A stretch of 64,000 nucleotides of DNA. It comes from an uncultured Clostridiaceae bacterium (lineage in GTDB: Bacteria; Bacillota; Clostridia; Saccharofermentanales; UBA5734). The notes beneath the pieces are model-generated. The model searched no databases. It was not told where the DNA came from and worked only from the letters and a program-made list of their open reading frames with translations. Below are positions 28,441 to 37,986 of this stretch, in pieces. The translations under genes and the position numbers were made by a program. The stretch spans positions 2,276,093 through 2,340,092 of the forward strand of contig OW818697.1 in assembly GCA_942493365.1 (NCBI GenBank), read 5' to 3'. Numbering within the stretch: position 1 is the first letter of the stretch; each line of letters begins with the position of its first letter.

Positions 28441-29870
28441 GCCTTGCCCCAGATCACCGTTTTGTCGGCCGGCTGGCCGCAACAGATGCAGCGGCCGCTG
28501 TCCTGGCTGTTCGACTCGACGATGCAGCGCGAGGTCGCGGTCGTCTTTTCCTTGACGCTAAGCTCGCAGGCCAGATCGCCGCACCAGTCGGCGCGGACAA
28601 AGCCGGGCTGGTCGCTGATCAGTTTTTCGAAGGCCGACCAGTCGGCGGCGGTGTAAACACGGCTGTTCAAACTCTGCTCAGCCCGTGCCAGCAGCGTGTT
28701 GTGAATCTCGTCGAGCAGGCCCTGCAGGGTGGCGGTCAGACCGTCCAAGGACAGGGTCATCTTCTCACCGGTGTCGCGGCGGACGGCGACGCACTGATTG
28801 TTTTCGATGTCACGCGGGCCGAGCTCGATGCGCAGCGGCACGCCCTTCATTTCGTATTCGCTGAATTTCCAACCCGGCTGCTTGTCCGAAGTGTCCATCT
28901 TGACGCGGAAGGTCCGGCCCAGCTCCGCCGCCACGGCCGCCGCTTTGTCCAGCACGCCAGGCTTGTGCGCGGCGACCGGGATAATCGCGATCTGGATCGG
29001 CGCGATGCGCGGCGGCAGCATCAGGCCGCTGTCGTCGCCGTGCACCATGATGATGGCGCCAATCGAGCGGGTCGACAGGCCCCACGAAGTCTGGTGGACA
29101 TACTGCAGTTGGTTGTTTTTGTCGGTGTACTGGATGCCAAAAGCCTTGGCAAAGCCGTCGCCAAAGTAATGGCTGGTCGCCGACTGCAGCGCCTTGCCAT
29201 CATGCATCATGGCCTCGACGGTGTAGGTGCTGACCGCGCCGGCAAATTTTTCCTTGTCGGTCTTCTGGCCTTTGATGACCGGGATGGCCAGAAAATCACG
29301 GTAGAAGTCGGCGTAGACATTGAGCATGCGCAGCGTTTCCGTCTGCGCGTCCTCGGCGGTGGCGTGGGCGGTGTGGCCCTCCTGCCAGTAAAACTCGGTC
29401 GAACGCAGGAAGGGGCGGGTGGTTTTTTCCCAGCGCACGACCGACACCCATTGATTGTAAAGCTTGGGCAGGTCGCGCCACGACTGAATGATGTTGGCGT
29501 AATGATCGCAGAACAGCGTCTCCGAGGTCGGGCGGATGCACAGGCGCTCGGCCAGCAGTTCGTTGCCGCCGTGCGTGACCCAGGCCACCTCGGGCGCGAA
29601 GCCTTCGACGTGATCCTTTTCCTTCTGCAAAAGGCTCTCGGGGATGAACATCGGCATGGCCACATTCTCGTGGCCGGTTGCCTTGAACATGGCGTCGAGA
29701 TTGCGCTGGATGTTCTCCCAGATCGCATAACCATAAGGCCGCAGGATCATGCAGCCCTTGACCGCCGAGTAATCAATCAGCTCGGCCTTGAGCACCACGT
29801 CGGTGTACCATTGGGTGAAATCCTCATCCATGGCGGTGATCGCTTCAACCAGTTTGCCTTTGTCAGCCAT
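28434..29870 (-). CDS. proS: Prolyl-tRNA synthetase (archaeal/eukaryote-like type with a C-terminal zinc-binding domain)
   Basis: 478 aa from [22 protein letters not shown]. Class II motifs are present, and the C-terminus has CICCG. The ORF-track extension to 30149 overlaps ackA and is rejected. Confidence 0.9.
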   Translation of the reverse strand: MADKGKLVEAITAMDEDFTQWYTDVVLKAELIDYSAVKGCMILRPYGYAIWENIQRNLDAMFKATGHENVAMPMFIPESLLQKEKDHVEGFAPEVAWVTHGGNELLAERLCIRPTSETLFCDHYANIIQSWRDLPKLYNQWVSVVRWEKTTRPFLRSTEFYWQEGHTAHATAEDAQTETLRMLNVYADFYRDFLAIPVIKGQKTDKEKFAGAVSTYTVEAMMHDGKALQSATSHYFGDGFAKAFGIQYTDKNNQLQYVHQTSWGLSTRSIGAIIMVHGDDSGLMLPPRIAPIQIAIIPVAAHKPGVLDKAAAVAAELGRTFRVKMDTSDKQPGWKFSEYEMKGVPLRIELGPRDIENNQCVAVRRDTGEKMTLSLDGLTATLQGLLDEIHNTLLARAEQSLNSRVYTAADWSAFEKLISDQPGFVRADWCGDLACELSVKEKTTATSRCIVESNSQDSGRCICCGQPADKTVIWGKAY

Positions 29871-29889
29871 TGTTGAATACTCCTTAAAA

Positions 29890-31095
29890 TCAGGCTTCCA
29901 GCCCGCAGATCCGCCCGGTTTCCCGCGCGATGGCCAGCTCTTCATTGGTCGGCACGACGAGCACTTTGACCCGCGTCTCGTCGGTCGAGATGACGGCTTC
30001 GCGCCCGTGAACCGCTGAGTTTTTATACGGATCAATCTTGATGCCCATGTAACCCAGGCCTTCGCAGGCACCGAAGCGAATGTCGGCGGAATTCTCGCCG
30101 ATACCGGCGGTGAAAACGACGATGTCGACGCCGCCCATGGCAGCGGCATAGCTGCCGATGTACTTGCGGCACTGATACTTGAACATATCCAGCGCCAGTG
30201 ACGCCCGACGATGACCTTCGCCGGCCGCTGTGTAAAGATCGCGCAGGTCGCTGCTGACGCCGGAGATGCCGACCAAGCCGGATTCTTTGTTCATCAGGTC
30301 ATCGATGGCGCCGCGATCCATGTTTTCGTTTTCCATCAGGAAGGTGACAATCGCCGGGTCGATGTCGCCGCAGCGCGTGCCCATGCAGATGCCGGCCAAC
30401 GGTGTAAAGCCCATGGAAGTATCGACGCAGCGGCCCTTGTCAATGGCGGCAATCGAAGCCCCGTTACCGAGGTGGCAGGTGATGATTTTCAGGCTCTCGA
30501 TCGATTTGTCAAGAATTTCGGCGGCACGATGGGCGACATAGCTGTGCGAGGTGCCATGAAAGCCGTAACGGCGAATGCCGAGGCGCTCGTAAAGTTCGTA
30601 GGGCAGGGCATACATGTAAGCCTTGGGCGGCATGGTCTGGTGGAAGGCCGTGTCAAAGACCGCAACCTGGGGGACGCCGGGCATGGCTTCTTCGCAGGCT
30701 TCGATACCGGTCATGTTGGGTGGATTGTGCAGCGGTGCCAGATCGAAGCAGGCGCGAATGGCGCGTTTGACCTCCGGCGTGATCAGCACAGAGGACGCGA
30801 AACGTTCACCGCCATGAACGACCCGGTGGCCGACCGCGTCGATTTCGTTCATGCTCTTGATAATACCGTGTTCATCTGAGGTCAACACGGTCAGCACGGC
30901 CTTCACCGCGGTTTTGTGATTGGGCATGTCAATCGGCAGCGTCACTCCGCTATTGCCGTTTTTCGAATGCTTGACAAACGCGTCGGTCAGGCCGATTCGT
31001 TCGGCACCCCCCTTGGCCAGAACATCGCCGGTTGCGGCGTTCAGTAATTGGTATTTCAGCGAAGAACTCCCCGCGTTAATAACCAGAACAATCAT
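29890..31095 (-). CDS. ackA: Acetate kinase
   Basis: The N-terminus is [24 protein letters not shown] and GFHGTSH motifs are present. Confidence 0.93.
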   Translation of the reverse strand: MIVLVINAGSSSLKYQLLNAATGDVLAKGGAERIGLTDAFVKHSKNGNSGVTLPIDMPNHKTAVKAVLTVLTSDEHGIIKSMNEIDAVGHRVVHGGERFASSVLITPEVKRAIRACFDLAPLHNPPNMTGIEACEEAMPGVPQVAVFDTAFHQTMPPKAYMYALPYELYERLGIRRYGFHGTSHSYVAHRAAEILDKSIESLKIITCHLGNGASIAAIDKGRCVDTSMGFTPLAGICMGTRCGDIDPAIVTFLMENENMDRGAIDDLMNKESGLVGISGVSSDLRDLYTAAGEGHRRASLALDMFKYQCRKYIGSYAAAMGGVDIVVFTAGIGENSADIRFGACEGLGYMGIKIDPYKNSAVHGREAVISTDETRVKVLVVPTNEELAIARETGRICGLEA

Positions 31096-31131
31096 GTCGA
31101 TTTGCCTCCTTAAGCCTGCCGTCAGTCTTTT

Positions 31132-32127
31132 TTATTTTATCATTTGCGCCTGGACGGCGGTAATGGCGACAACACCGACAACGTCTTCGGCGACGCAGCC
31201 TCTGGAGAGATCGTTGACCGGTTTGGCGATGCCCTGGGTGACCGGGCCGTAGGCTTCTGCCTTGGCCAGGCGCTGAACCAGCTTGTAGCCGATGTTGCCG
31301 GCATCGAGGGTTGGAAAGACCAGCACGTTGGCCTTGCCGGCGACGGGACTGGTCGGTGCCTTGAGTTTGGCAACCTCTCCGACAATCGCGGCATCGAGCT
31401 GCAGCTCGCCGTCAATGTTGAGTTGCGGCACCTTTTGCCTGGCCAGGCGGGTCGCCTCGATGACCTTCTCGGTCATCTCGCTTTTGGCGCTGCCATAGGT
31501 CGAATAGGACAGCATGGCCACATTGGGGGTCTTGCCGGTTAGTTGCTGAAAGGAGTGCGCCGAGGATATGGCAATCTCGGACAGCTGATCGGCGTCAGGA
31601 TTTTCGTTGAGACCGCAGTCGGCAAAAACAAAGGTGCCGTCGGCACCAAAATCACAATCGGGGACAATCATCAGGAAAAAAGCGGATACCAGTTTGGTGC
31701 CAGGTGCGGTTTTCAAAATCTGAAGAGCCGGGCGCAAAGTATTGGCGGTGCTGTTGATCGAGCCAGAGACCATGCCGTCAGCATGGGTTTGCTTGACCAT
31801 CATCACGCCATAATAAAGCGGGTCGAGCATCGTCTCGCGTGCTTTTTCCAAAGTCATGCCTTTGGCTTTGCGCAGCTCATAAAATGCTTCGACATAAGAC
31901 TCGTACTGCGGTGAAGTGGCCGGATCTACGAAGGTGGCGCCCGATATTTCCCATTGCGGGCTGACCGCCTGGATTTTTTCACGGTTGCCCAGCATGACGA
32001 TGTTGGCGATTCCCTGTTTTAAAATCAGGGCGCAGGCTTCAATGATCCGCGGCTCGTATGACTCCGGCAGAACAATGGTTTTTTTGTCACTTTGCGCCTT
32101 TTTGATGATATTTTCAATGAATCCCAT
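31132..32127 (-). CDS. pta: Phosphate acetyltransferase (short form)
   Basis: 331 aa, beginning KKTIVLPESYEPRIIEA and ending SRGCVAEDVVGVVAITAVQA. It lies immediately upstream of ackA. Confidence 0.9.
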   Translation of the reverse strand: MGFIENIIKKAQSDKKTIVLPESYEPRIIEACALILKQGIANIVMLGNREKIQAVSPQWEISGATFVDPATSPQYESYVEAFYELRKAKGMTLEKARETMLDPLYYGVMMVKQTHADGMVSGSINSTANTLRPALQILKTAPGTKLVSAFFLMIVPDCDFGADGTFVFADCGLNENPDADQLSEIAISSAHSFQQLTGKTPNVAMLSYSTYGSAKSEMTEKVIEATRLARQKVPQLNIDGELQLDAAIVGEVAKLKAPTSPVAGKANVLVFPTLDAGNIGYKLVQRLAKAEAYGPVTQGIAKPVNDLSRGCVAEDVVGVVAITAVQAQMIK

Positions 32128-32153
32128 GTCAACAACCTCGAACTTCCAAATCT

Positions 32154-32753
32154 TTACCGCCCTTCAGTATACTCAAAATTTTCGGGTTGTTCAACCTCTT
32201 TTGGTTTTGGTCTGAGAATTCGTTTGGGCAAATAGGCGGCAAGGCGGAAAATGCCGATCAGAATCGGAATGTCGCCGATACTGATCATAAAGATGCCAAA
32301 CAGCCAAATTGGAAAAACATCAGACAGAAACAGCAGCGGCTCGGTGCCGTTGGCCAGAAAGTAATGCGGTGCTTTGCTGATGTTCTCGATGCTCTCCGGT
32401 TTTAAGCTATACAGCAAGCTCCAGATCGGCATCATGCCACCATTGACAGCAATGACCAGCCCGTTCATGGCGGTACCGGCCATGAGGCTGGTCATGCCCG
32501 GTTTGCGGCGATTTTTGAACAGAAAAGTTATCATCAAACCGTATTGTATGACAACTAGGATGACGCGCATTGCCGAATACCAGTTTTCCTGGCCGAAAAA
32601 ATCTCGCAAAAACGAAAAAGCCAAGAGGCCATCCAAAAAAAAGGAAGCGATGAGCATGGCGATCCAGCGGAAATGTTTTTTGAAGATGCTGGCAATCCGG
32701 CCTTTTCGTATTAATCCGACGATCAAGCCAATAACAAACGCCGCAAGTGACAT
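32154..32753 (-). CDS. Integral membrane protein (resembles DUF5317)
   Basis: 199 aa with about 6 hydrophobic segments. It lies directly downstream of an HD-GYP gene. The family assignment is from memory and is uncertain. Confidence 0.55.
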   Translation of the reverse strand: MSLAAFVIGLIVGLIRKGRIASIFKKHFRWIAMLIASFFLDGLLAFSFLRDFFGQENWYSAMRVILVVIQYGLMITFLFKNRRKPGMTSLMAGTAMNGLVIAVNGGMMPIWSLLYSLKPESIENISKAPHYFLANGTEPLLFLSDVFPIWLFGIFMISIGDIPILIGIFRLAAYLPKRILRPKPKEVEQPENFEYTEGR

Positions 32754-32782
32754 GGCATACCTTCCCGGATCTGCATTAAATC

Positions 32783-34147
32783 CTACTTCGTGGTATCCTG
32801 AAATTTGTCCTTATCTTTGAGTTTACCGAGACCGCGAATGAAGGCTTTAACAACATCGGGGGCAAACTGGGTACCCGAAAAGCGGTTCAACTCGTCTATC
32901 GCTTCTTCGAGTGACATCGCTGGCCGATAGGCACGATCCGAAGTCATGGCGTCAAAGGAATCCGCAACGCAGAGGATCTGGGCTTCCAGAATTTTGGCTT
33001 CTTCGGCGGCATCGGCCGGATAGCCACCACCATCGTAATGAACATGATGCGCCCGGATAATCTTGACTTCGTTTTTGAGGAACTGGATGCCATCGAGCAT
33101 TTGGGCACCGATGACCGGGTGCTTTTTGATCTCTTCATACTCTTCAGGGGACAGTTTGTCAGCTTTGTTGAGGATAGCCTCGCTGATGCCGATTTTGCCA
33201 ATGTCATGCAGCAGTGAGGCGTATTTCAGGATCTTTGTTCGTTCCGAAGACAAGTTCATTTCGTAGGCAATGATCTCGCAATATTTTTCCACGCGCCGCG
33301 CGTGACCAATGGTGTAATGATCCTTGGCATCCAGAGCTGCTGAAAAGGCTTGGATCGTATCAAGATAACCCTTGCGAATGGAGGTAAAGCCAACATACGC
33401 GTATCGGAACATCATAAAAGGCGCAAAGAACAACAGGACGCTCAAGGGGTTGAACATATAGAGCGCAGCCAGGAAAACCCCCAGAAGGCCTATGCAGACC
33501 ATGCTCAAGACCGACCAGCGGAAAATACTCAGCCAGTCGGATATCCGCTGACGGTTGATGCCACCCATAAACAGAAAATACATCATAATCAGCAGGTTAT
33601 TGACCAGAACATCAACCAGTATGGCCGCCAGAATTTGTGGCATCTTACCCGCCAAGTAAATCACGATCGAATTGATCAGATTGAAATCATCCTGATGAGG
33701 AATGTAAATCAGAAAAGAGCCGCCCAGGTAAGTATAAACAAAGCCCATCGCCACGATGGCCATGACATAATTCGAAACATTCATCAGTGTTTTGTAGAGC
33801 GGCGTGTTGAAGACATGTTCTTTATAGCCGCGCCCAAAATCCGTAGATGAGAACAAAAGTGAGATGATCGCTACCCACGCGGCAGCCGCCATGCCATAGA
33901 TTAGCAATGCGCTGAAAGATATAGCAAAAGCGATGGAAATCGCTTTGTTCTGATCAACGGCAATGCTTTGTGATTCCGCTATAACGGCAAGAACCGATAG
34001 AAATGTAATCCCTAGAAGCATATCGCGAAGACTGTCAAATCCGTTTAAATTGATTGCATTTTGAAAATCAATCCAACTGATGTAAAACAATAAACCCAGA
34101 CCAATTATGCTGCAAACTACAATATAGATGATTGCTGACTTTTTCAT
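32783..34147 (-). CDS. Multi-TM HD-GYP domain protein (putative c-di-GMP phosphodiesterase)
   Basis: The N-terminal ~270 aa are polytopic. The C-terminus has HDIGKIGISEAILNK and HHVHYDGGGYP. The start is placed at the ATG (MKKSAIIY). Confidence 0.85.
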   Translation of the reverse strand: MKKSAIIYIVVCSIIGLGLLFYISWIDFQNAINLNGFDSLRDMLLGITFLSVLAVIAESQSIAVDQNKAISIAFAISFSALLIYGMAAAAWVAIISLLFSSTDFGRGYKEHVFNTPLYKTLMNVSNYVMAIVAMGFVYTYLGGSFLIYIPHQDDFNLINSIVIYLAGKMPQILAAILVDVLVNNLLIMMYFLFMGGINRQRISDWLSIFRWSVLSMVCIGLLGVFLAALYMFNPLSVLLFFAPFMMFRYAYVGFTSIRKGYLDTIQAFSAALDAKDHYTIGHARRVEKYCEIIAYEMNLSSERTKILKYASLLHDIGKIGISEAILNKADKLSPEEYEEIKKHPVIGAQMLDGIQFLKNEVKIIRAHHVHYDGGGYPADAAEEAKILEAQILCVADSFDAMTSDRAYRPAMSLEEAIDELNRFSGTQFAPDVVKAFIRGLGKLKDKDKFQDTTK

Positions 34148-34188
34148 GACGATGCCCAACACCTACTATTTTTTCTCTGGGTTAATAT

Positions 34189-34397
34189 GAAATGACAGGT
34201 CAGCTTTTTTAGAAGATAATAATCGGTATAATCAGATGATTTTGAAGAAAGCTCCGGTCGTGAAGACCATGGCAAGAATAGCGATAATAACACCGATAAC
34301 TCTTTTAATTTTCATTTCGAACAACCTCCTGTTATGGACTCTACCTCTTCGCTATGCAGGTAGGTTGTTCCGCTTCGCTTTGCTGACCTGTCATTTC
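34189..34397. repeat. Perfect 16-bp inverted repeat pair bracketing a 209-bp unit that contains a small ORF
   Basis: GAAATGACAGGTCAGC (34189-34204) and GCTGACCTGTCATTTC (34382-34397) are exact reverse complements. I saw no flanking direct repeat. Confidence 0.85.
34232..34315 (-). CDS. Unannotated 27-aa hydrophobic peptide (candidate type I toxin or small membrane protein)
   Basis: It runs from ATG to TGA and encodes MKIKRVIGVIIAILAMVFTTGAFFKII. AGGAGG lies 9 nt upstream. It is below the ORF-track length cutoff. The SD lies within a predicted hairpin (34319-34370). Confidence 0.5.
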   Translation of the reverse strand: MKIKRVIGVIIAILAMVFTTGAFFKII

Positions 34398-34443
34398 AAA
34401 CTGTCTTAACTGCCCGTGCTTGATTGCAACAGGCTGGATGGGC

Positions 34444-35103
34444 TCAGGGTGTTTTGCGGGGCTTGGCCATCGGCCGGTTTACCGCTGACAGCACGGCCAT
34501 GACGGCAGCCTGAACCTCGGTTTCCGGGCTGCCGATCGGGGCAATGCCATACAGGATTGACTCACCGAATGGTTCAACAAACGATAGCGCCATGACATAG
34601 CAATCACTGCCGCCAACCACATTGCGCTGCAAGTCCAGGAGTGTGATGTCATAGGCCTGGCCGAGATAGTTTTTGAGAGCCGTCAGACAAGCGTTGGCAG
34701 CTGAGAAAATGCGATTGCGACCAGACAACGGGCCTTTGCTGCTGCCTTCAAAGACCGTTTCGCCACTGCCCAAAACAACCGTGGTCTCCAGGTTGTTTGA
34801 GTCCAATGTGATCATGATCTTGCGGATCGTCAGCCTTGGTTCGGTGGAAATGACCGGCATCACCATGTTGCTGTTGACTTGCGCAACGCTGATGAGCTTA
34901 TAGTCGATTTCAAGTCCGAAAGCGGCAATAATGGCGGATTGAACGTCGCGAACCAGTTGCTTGGGCGATTTGGTTAAATCGCTCAGGATATGGATCTCCA
35001 TAATCTCGTTTTCGCTGTTGAGAACGGTTCGCGCTGCCAGAATGCCGCTCAGGCTGGACATCAGCCTGTCAAGTTCTGCTTTGAGTTCGATCATTTCCTG
35101 CAT
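34444..35103 (-). CDS. Hypothetical cytoplasmic protein (219 aa); the C-terminal half faintly resembles a LeuA-dimer/allosteric-type domain
   Basis: The start is at the ATG (MQEMIELK), 9 nt after GGAGGG. The C-terminal pattern GSGETVFEGSSKGPLSGRNRIFSAANACLTALKN...GGSDCYVMALSF is only weakly reminiscent of that fold. Confidence 0.55.
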   Translation of the reverse strand: MQEMIELKAELDRLMSSLSGILAARTVLNSENEIMEIHILSDLTKSPKQLVRDVQSAIIAAFGLEIDYKLISVAQVNSNMVMPVISTEPRLTIRKIMITLDSNNLETTVVLGSGETVFEGSSKGPLSGRNRIFSAANACLTALKNYLGQAYDITLLDLQRNVVGGSDCYVMALSFVEPFGESILYGIAPIGSPETEVQAAVMAVLSAVNRPMAKPRKTP

Positions 35104-35267
35104 TCGGATCTGCCCTCCAAACTTCACAATGAATAGATATGCATACTTTTACGCATTACCATTTCGATACTATTTTATCACAGATCACCTGAAATGCGCA
35201 GATTTAATATTTCAATTTAGTGGCATTCAACATACAATTTACGAATTTGTCATATAAACAGTTCTAT

Positions 35268-36608
35268 TTAGCGCATCGCCAACAACGCCCAAGCGTTGTC
35301 GGAAGCCAAAATACTAATTAATTTCTGATTGTCTTCCCTGAAAATTGCCGAAAGAGCATCGCTTGATGGGCTGGTAGCCTGATGCCAAAGCAGCCGATTG
35401 ATTGCCGCCTGATAGAGATCGCTGTCACCCTCTATGCGCGCAATCCGAGCAATAATTGCATAACCTTGCAGGCACTCCTGACTGCTGGTCGCCTGACCCT
35501 GCACGATATGGTAGGATTCGAAGATGGCATGCTCATTAAACATCTGATCGCGCAGCCAGCTGATGCTGCGCGGGTTTTCCTGACCGATTTCACAGAGATG
35601 CAGCAAAGTCAGCAGGGCTTCTTCGGTGTTGATCACCGGCGCGTCACCATCAAAGTTCAGATAGCCGGGCACGGTTTGATCCTCGACATAAGCGAGGGCA
35701 AATAGCGGCAGATCGTCACTGATGTAGCCATTTTGCACGATCAGCAACGCACGGTCGAATAAGGCCTGCCAGCGGTTGTCAAAGGCAGCCAGCTGCTGCA
35801 TGGTGTACAGGTCAAGCGAAGCCAGCCGCAGCACCGGCAGGGAATCGCCTGCTTCCGTGGCCGCCGGCGTCGTCGTCGGCTTGGGGGTCGGTGTGGCCTC
35901 GAAGATCGGTGACGGCTGCGGCGTCGGAATGGTTGCTGTGTAGTCGGCAGCAAAACGCTTGCTGCCCAACGTCAGCAAACGGTCAGACAGCCGACGCATG
36001 CTATCCTGCAGCGTTACGTCCGGCCACTGCTTGCAGCTTTGCGCCAGCAGGCGCAGCGTCGCCAGATTGACTCGCCAGAAGTCGGCGTCCACAACAACCT
36101 GGTCATCGGTCATGCCAGCCTGGGCGCGCACCAGACCGTCGGTGGTCAGGCAGGTGGCGGCAAAATCGTTCCACCAGTCGAAAAACGCCTTTTGCTGCTT
36201 TTGTTCCAGCAGATATTGACCATAAAGCAGCTGATCGCCCGACCGATAGATCTCCGACAGCACTGCTGCGGGTTCGCCAAACGGGCCGGCCAGCCGGAAT
36301 GTGCTGGCAAACAGACCGGTGTCGTTGGATTTGAGCAATTTGTTCATGCGTTCGATCAGGTCGTCGGCCTTCTCCTCATCCAGACGAAGGTCAGCCGCGT
36401 CACCAGTCGCCGCGCCAGGTGTGCCAATGTTGATTACGCTGATCTTCGGCGCAGGGTTAAACCATCCCAGGAGCCATGCGGCGCCAAGTGCCGCGCCGGC
36501 CAGAATCAGGACGGCGATGATCAAGAGGATGATCACTCTTTTTGAATGCTGACGCGCAGGGGTCATTTTTGCTCCTTTTTGATCTTGACCGTTCTTTTGT
36601 TCCATCAT
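35268..36608 (-). CDS. Membrane-anchored hypothetical protein with a Pro/Thr-rich linker
   Basis: 446 aa with an N-terminal TM helix (VIILLIIAVLILAGAALGAAWLLGW) and the linker TPQPSPIFEATPTPKPTTTPAATE. I did not recognise a family. Confidence 0.6.
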   Translation of the reverse strand: MMEQKNGQDQKGAKMTPARQHSKRVIILLIIAVLILAGAALGAAWLLGWFNPAPKISVINIGTPGAATGDAADLRLDEEKADDLIERMNKLLKSNDTGLFASTFRLAGPFGEPAAVLSEIYRSGDQLLYGQYLLEQKQQKAFFDWWNDFAATCLTTDGLVRAQAGMTDDQVVVDADFWRVNLATLRLLAQSCKQWPDVTLQDSMRRLSDRLLTLGSKRFAADYTATIPTPQPSPIFEATPTPKPTTTPAATEAGDSLPVLRLASLDLYTMQQLAAFDNRWQALFDRALLIVQNGYISDDLPLFALAYVEDQTVPGYLNFDGDAPVINTEEALLTLLHLCEIGQENPRSISWLRDQMFNEHAIFESYHIVQGQATSSQECLQGYAIIARIARIEGDSDLYQAAINRLLWHQATSPSSDALSAIFREDNQKLISILASDNAWALLAMR

Positions 36609-36645
36609 ATCAAATAAACACGGTCTTTTGAACGTCTCTGACGCG

Positions 36646-36654
36646 TGCTATAAT
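36646..36654 (+). promoter_or_regulatory. Extended -10 promoter element of tmcAL (TGcTATAAT)
   Basis: TGCTATAAT ends 8 nt before the tmcAL ATG (36663). There is no SD in between, which implies a leaderless or near-leaderless mRNA. Confidence 0.5.
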
Positions 36655-36662
36655 CTATTTCG

Positions 36663-37946
36663 ATGAAAACAGCAGCAATTATAGCCGAATACAACCCCTT
36701 CCATCTGGGACATGACTGGCAACTGCGGGAAATCCGCCGTCAGTTCGGCGCGGACTGCGCCGTCATAGCCGTGATGAGCGGCTCGATGACCCAGCGCGGC
36801 GAACCGGCCTTGCTCGACAAATGGACGCGCACTCGAACGGCGCTGGCCTGCGGTGTCGATCTCGTGATCGAGCTGCCCTTCGCATACGCGGCGGCCAGCG
36901 CTGAGCGATTCGCCAGCGGCGGCGTCAGTCTCGTCCGGGCAACTGGACTCGATTGCCAGCTGGTTTTTGGCAGCGAAAGCGGCGATCTTGGGGCACTGCG
37001 GCAATTGGCCGCGCTATTGGCCGACGAAACACCGGCCTATCAGGACCTGCTGCACCGCTTTCTGGATGATGGTGCATCTTTTCCAGCCGCCCGCCAGCAA
37101 GCCGTCGCTGAACTCACCGGCGATCCGAAGCTGGCTGATTTACTGTCATCGGCCAACAACATCCTGGCCATCGAATACCTGAAAGCGCTGCACACGCCCG
37201 GAAGCGGTCGGATCACGCCGATCACTTGTCGTCGACAGGGGCAAGCTTACCTCGACAGCGTGTTGCCGGCAGCGGACGCTGGTTTCGCCAGCGCCTCGGC
37301 CATCCGTCGACGGGTTGCCGACTATTGCGCACGCGGTGCACAGGATTTACCCGCCCTGGTCAGGGATTTGACGGCCATGATGCCGGCGTTTTCGGCTGCT
37401 CCCTTGCTGGAAAAACTGCAGTCCGGGCCTGGTCCGCTGTTTCTGGAAAGTCTGGCAGTGCCGGTGATTAGCCTGCTGCGCAGCCTGTCGCCTGACCAGC
37501 TCGATGCCATCCCCGGCATGGGCGAAGGTCTGGGCCGTCGCCTGGCCGCGGCCGCCCGCCGTCCCGATGGTGAGGCTGGCGGCGGTCGCATAACCACCTT
37601 GTTGGCTGATGCCGCGACCCGCCGTTTCCCGCAGACCCGCATTCAGCGTGCATTGCTGGCCATGCTGGCCGGCCTGCGGAGCGAAGACCTGGCGCTGTTT
37701 GACGCGGCGGGTGGTCCGCAGTATTTGCGTATCCTTGGCTTCAACAAAAGCGGTCGCCATCTGCTTAAAATCATGCGCCACAGTGCCACGTTGCCGATTC
37801 TGATGAAGGCGTCCGACAGCCTCGAGTTTAAGAATGCCGCTCTGAATCGCATGGCCGAGCTTGACAGCCTGTCCACCGATCTTTGGATGCTGGCGGCCGG
37901 TCAGCCCTGCGGGCGCGACTTTGACACCCCGGCCGTGATGCGTTAA
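36663..37946 (+). CDS. tmcAL: tRNA(Met) cytidine acetate ligase (UPF0348/YlbM family)
   Basis: The N-terminus is AAIIAEYNPFHLGHDWQL (nucleotidyltransferase HxGH-like), followed by VMSGSMTQRGEPALLDKW. 427 aa. Confidence 0.8.
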   Translation: MKTAAIIAEYNPFHLGHDWQLREIRRQFGADCAVIAVMSGSMTQRGEPALLDKWTRTRTALACGVDLVIELPFAYAAASAERFASGGVSLVRATGLDCQLVFGSESGDLGALRQLAALLADETPAYQDLLHRFLDDGASFPAARQQAVAELTGDPKLADLLSSANNILAIEYLKALHTPGSGRITPITCRRQGQAYLDSVLPAADAGFASASAIRRRVADYCARGAQDLPALVRDLTAMMPAFSAAPLLEKLQSGPGPLFLESLAVPVISLLRSLSPDQLDAIPGMGEGLGRRLAAAARRPDGEAGGGRITTLLADAATRRFPQTRIQRALLAMLAGLRSEDLALFDAAGGPQYLRILGFNKSGRHLLKIMRHSATLPILMKASDSLEFKNAALNRMAELDSLSTDLWMLAAGQPCGRDFDTPAVMR

Positions 37947-37986
37947 AATAATCAATTAATATGGAAACAGGAAGAGGTTGATTGAT

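Noticed and set aside
29871-30149. The N-terminal 93-aa extension of the proS ORF in the track.
   Set aside because: It overlaps the 3' end of ackA and is Pro/Ser/Arg-rich nonsense. The conserved ProRS N-terminus starts at MADKGKL (29870).
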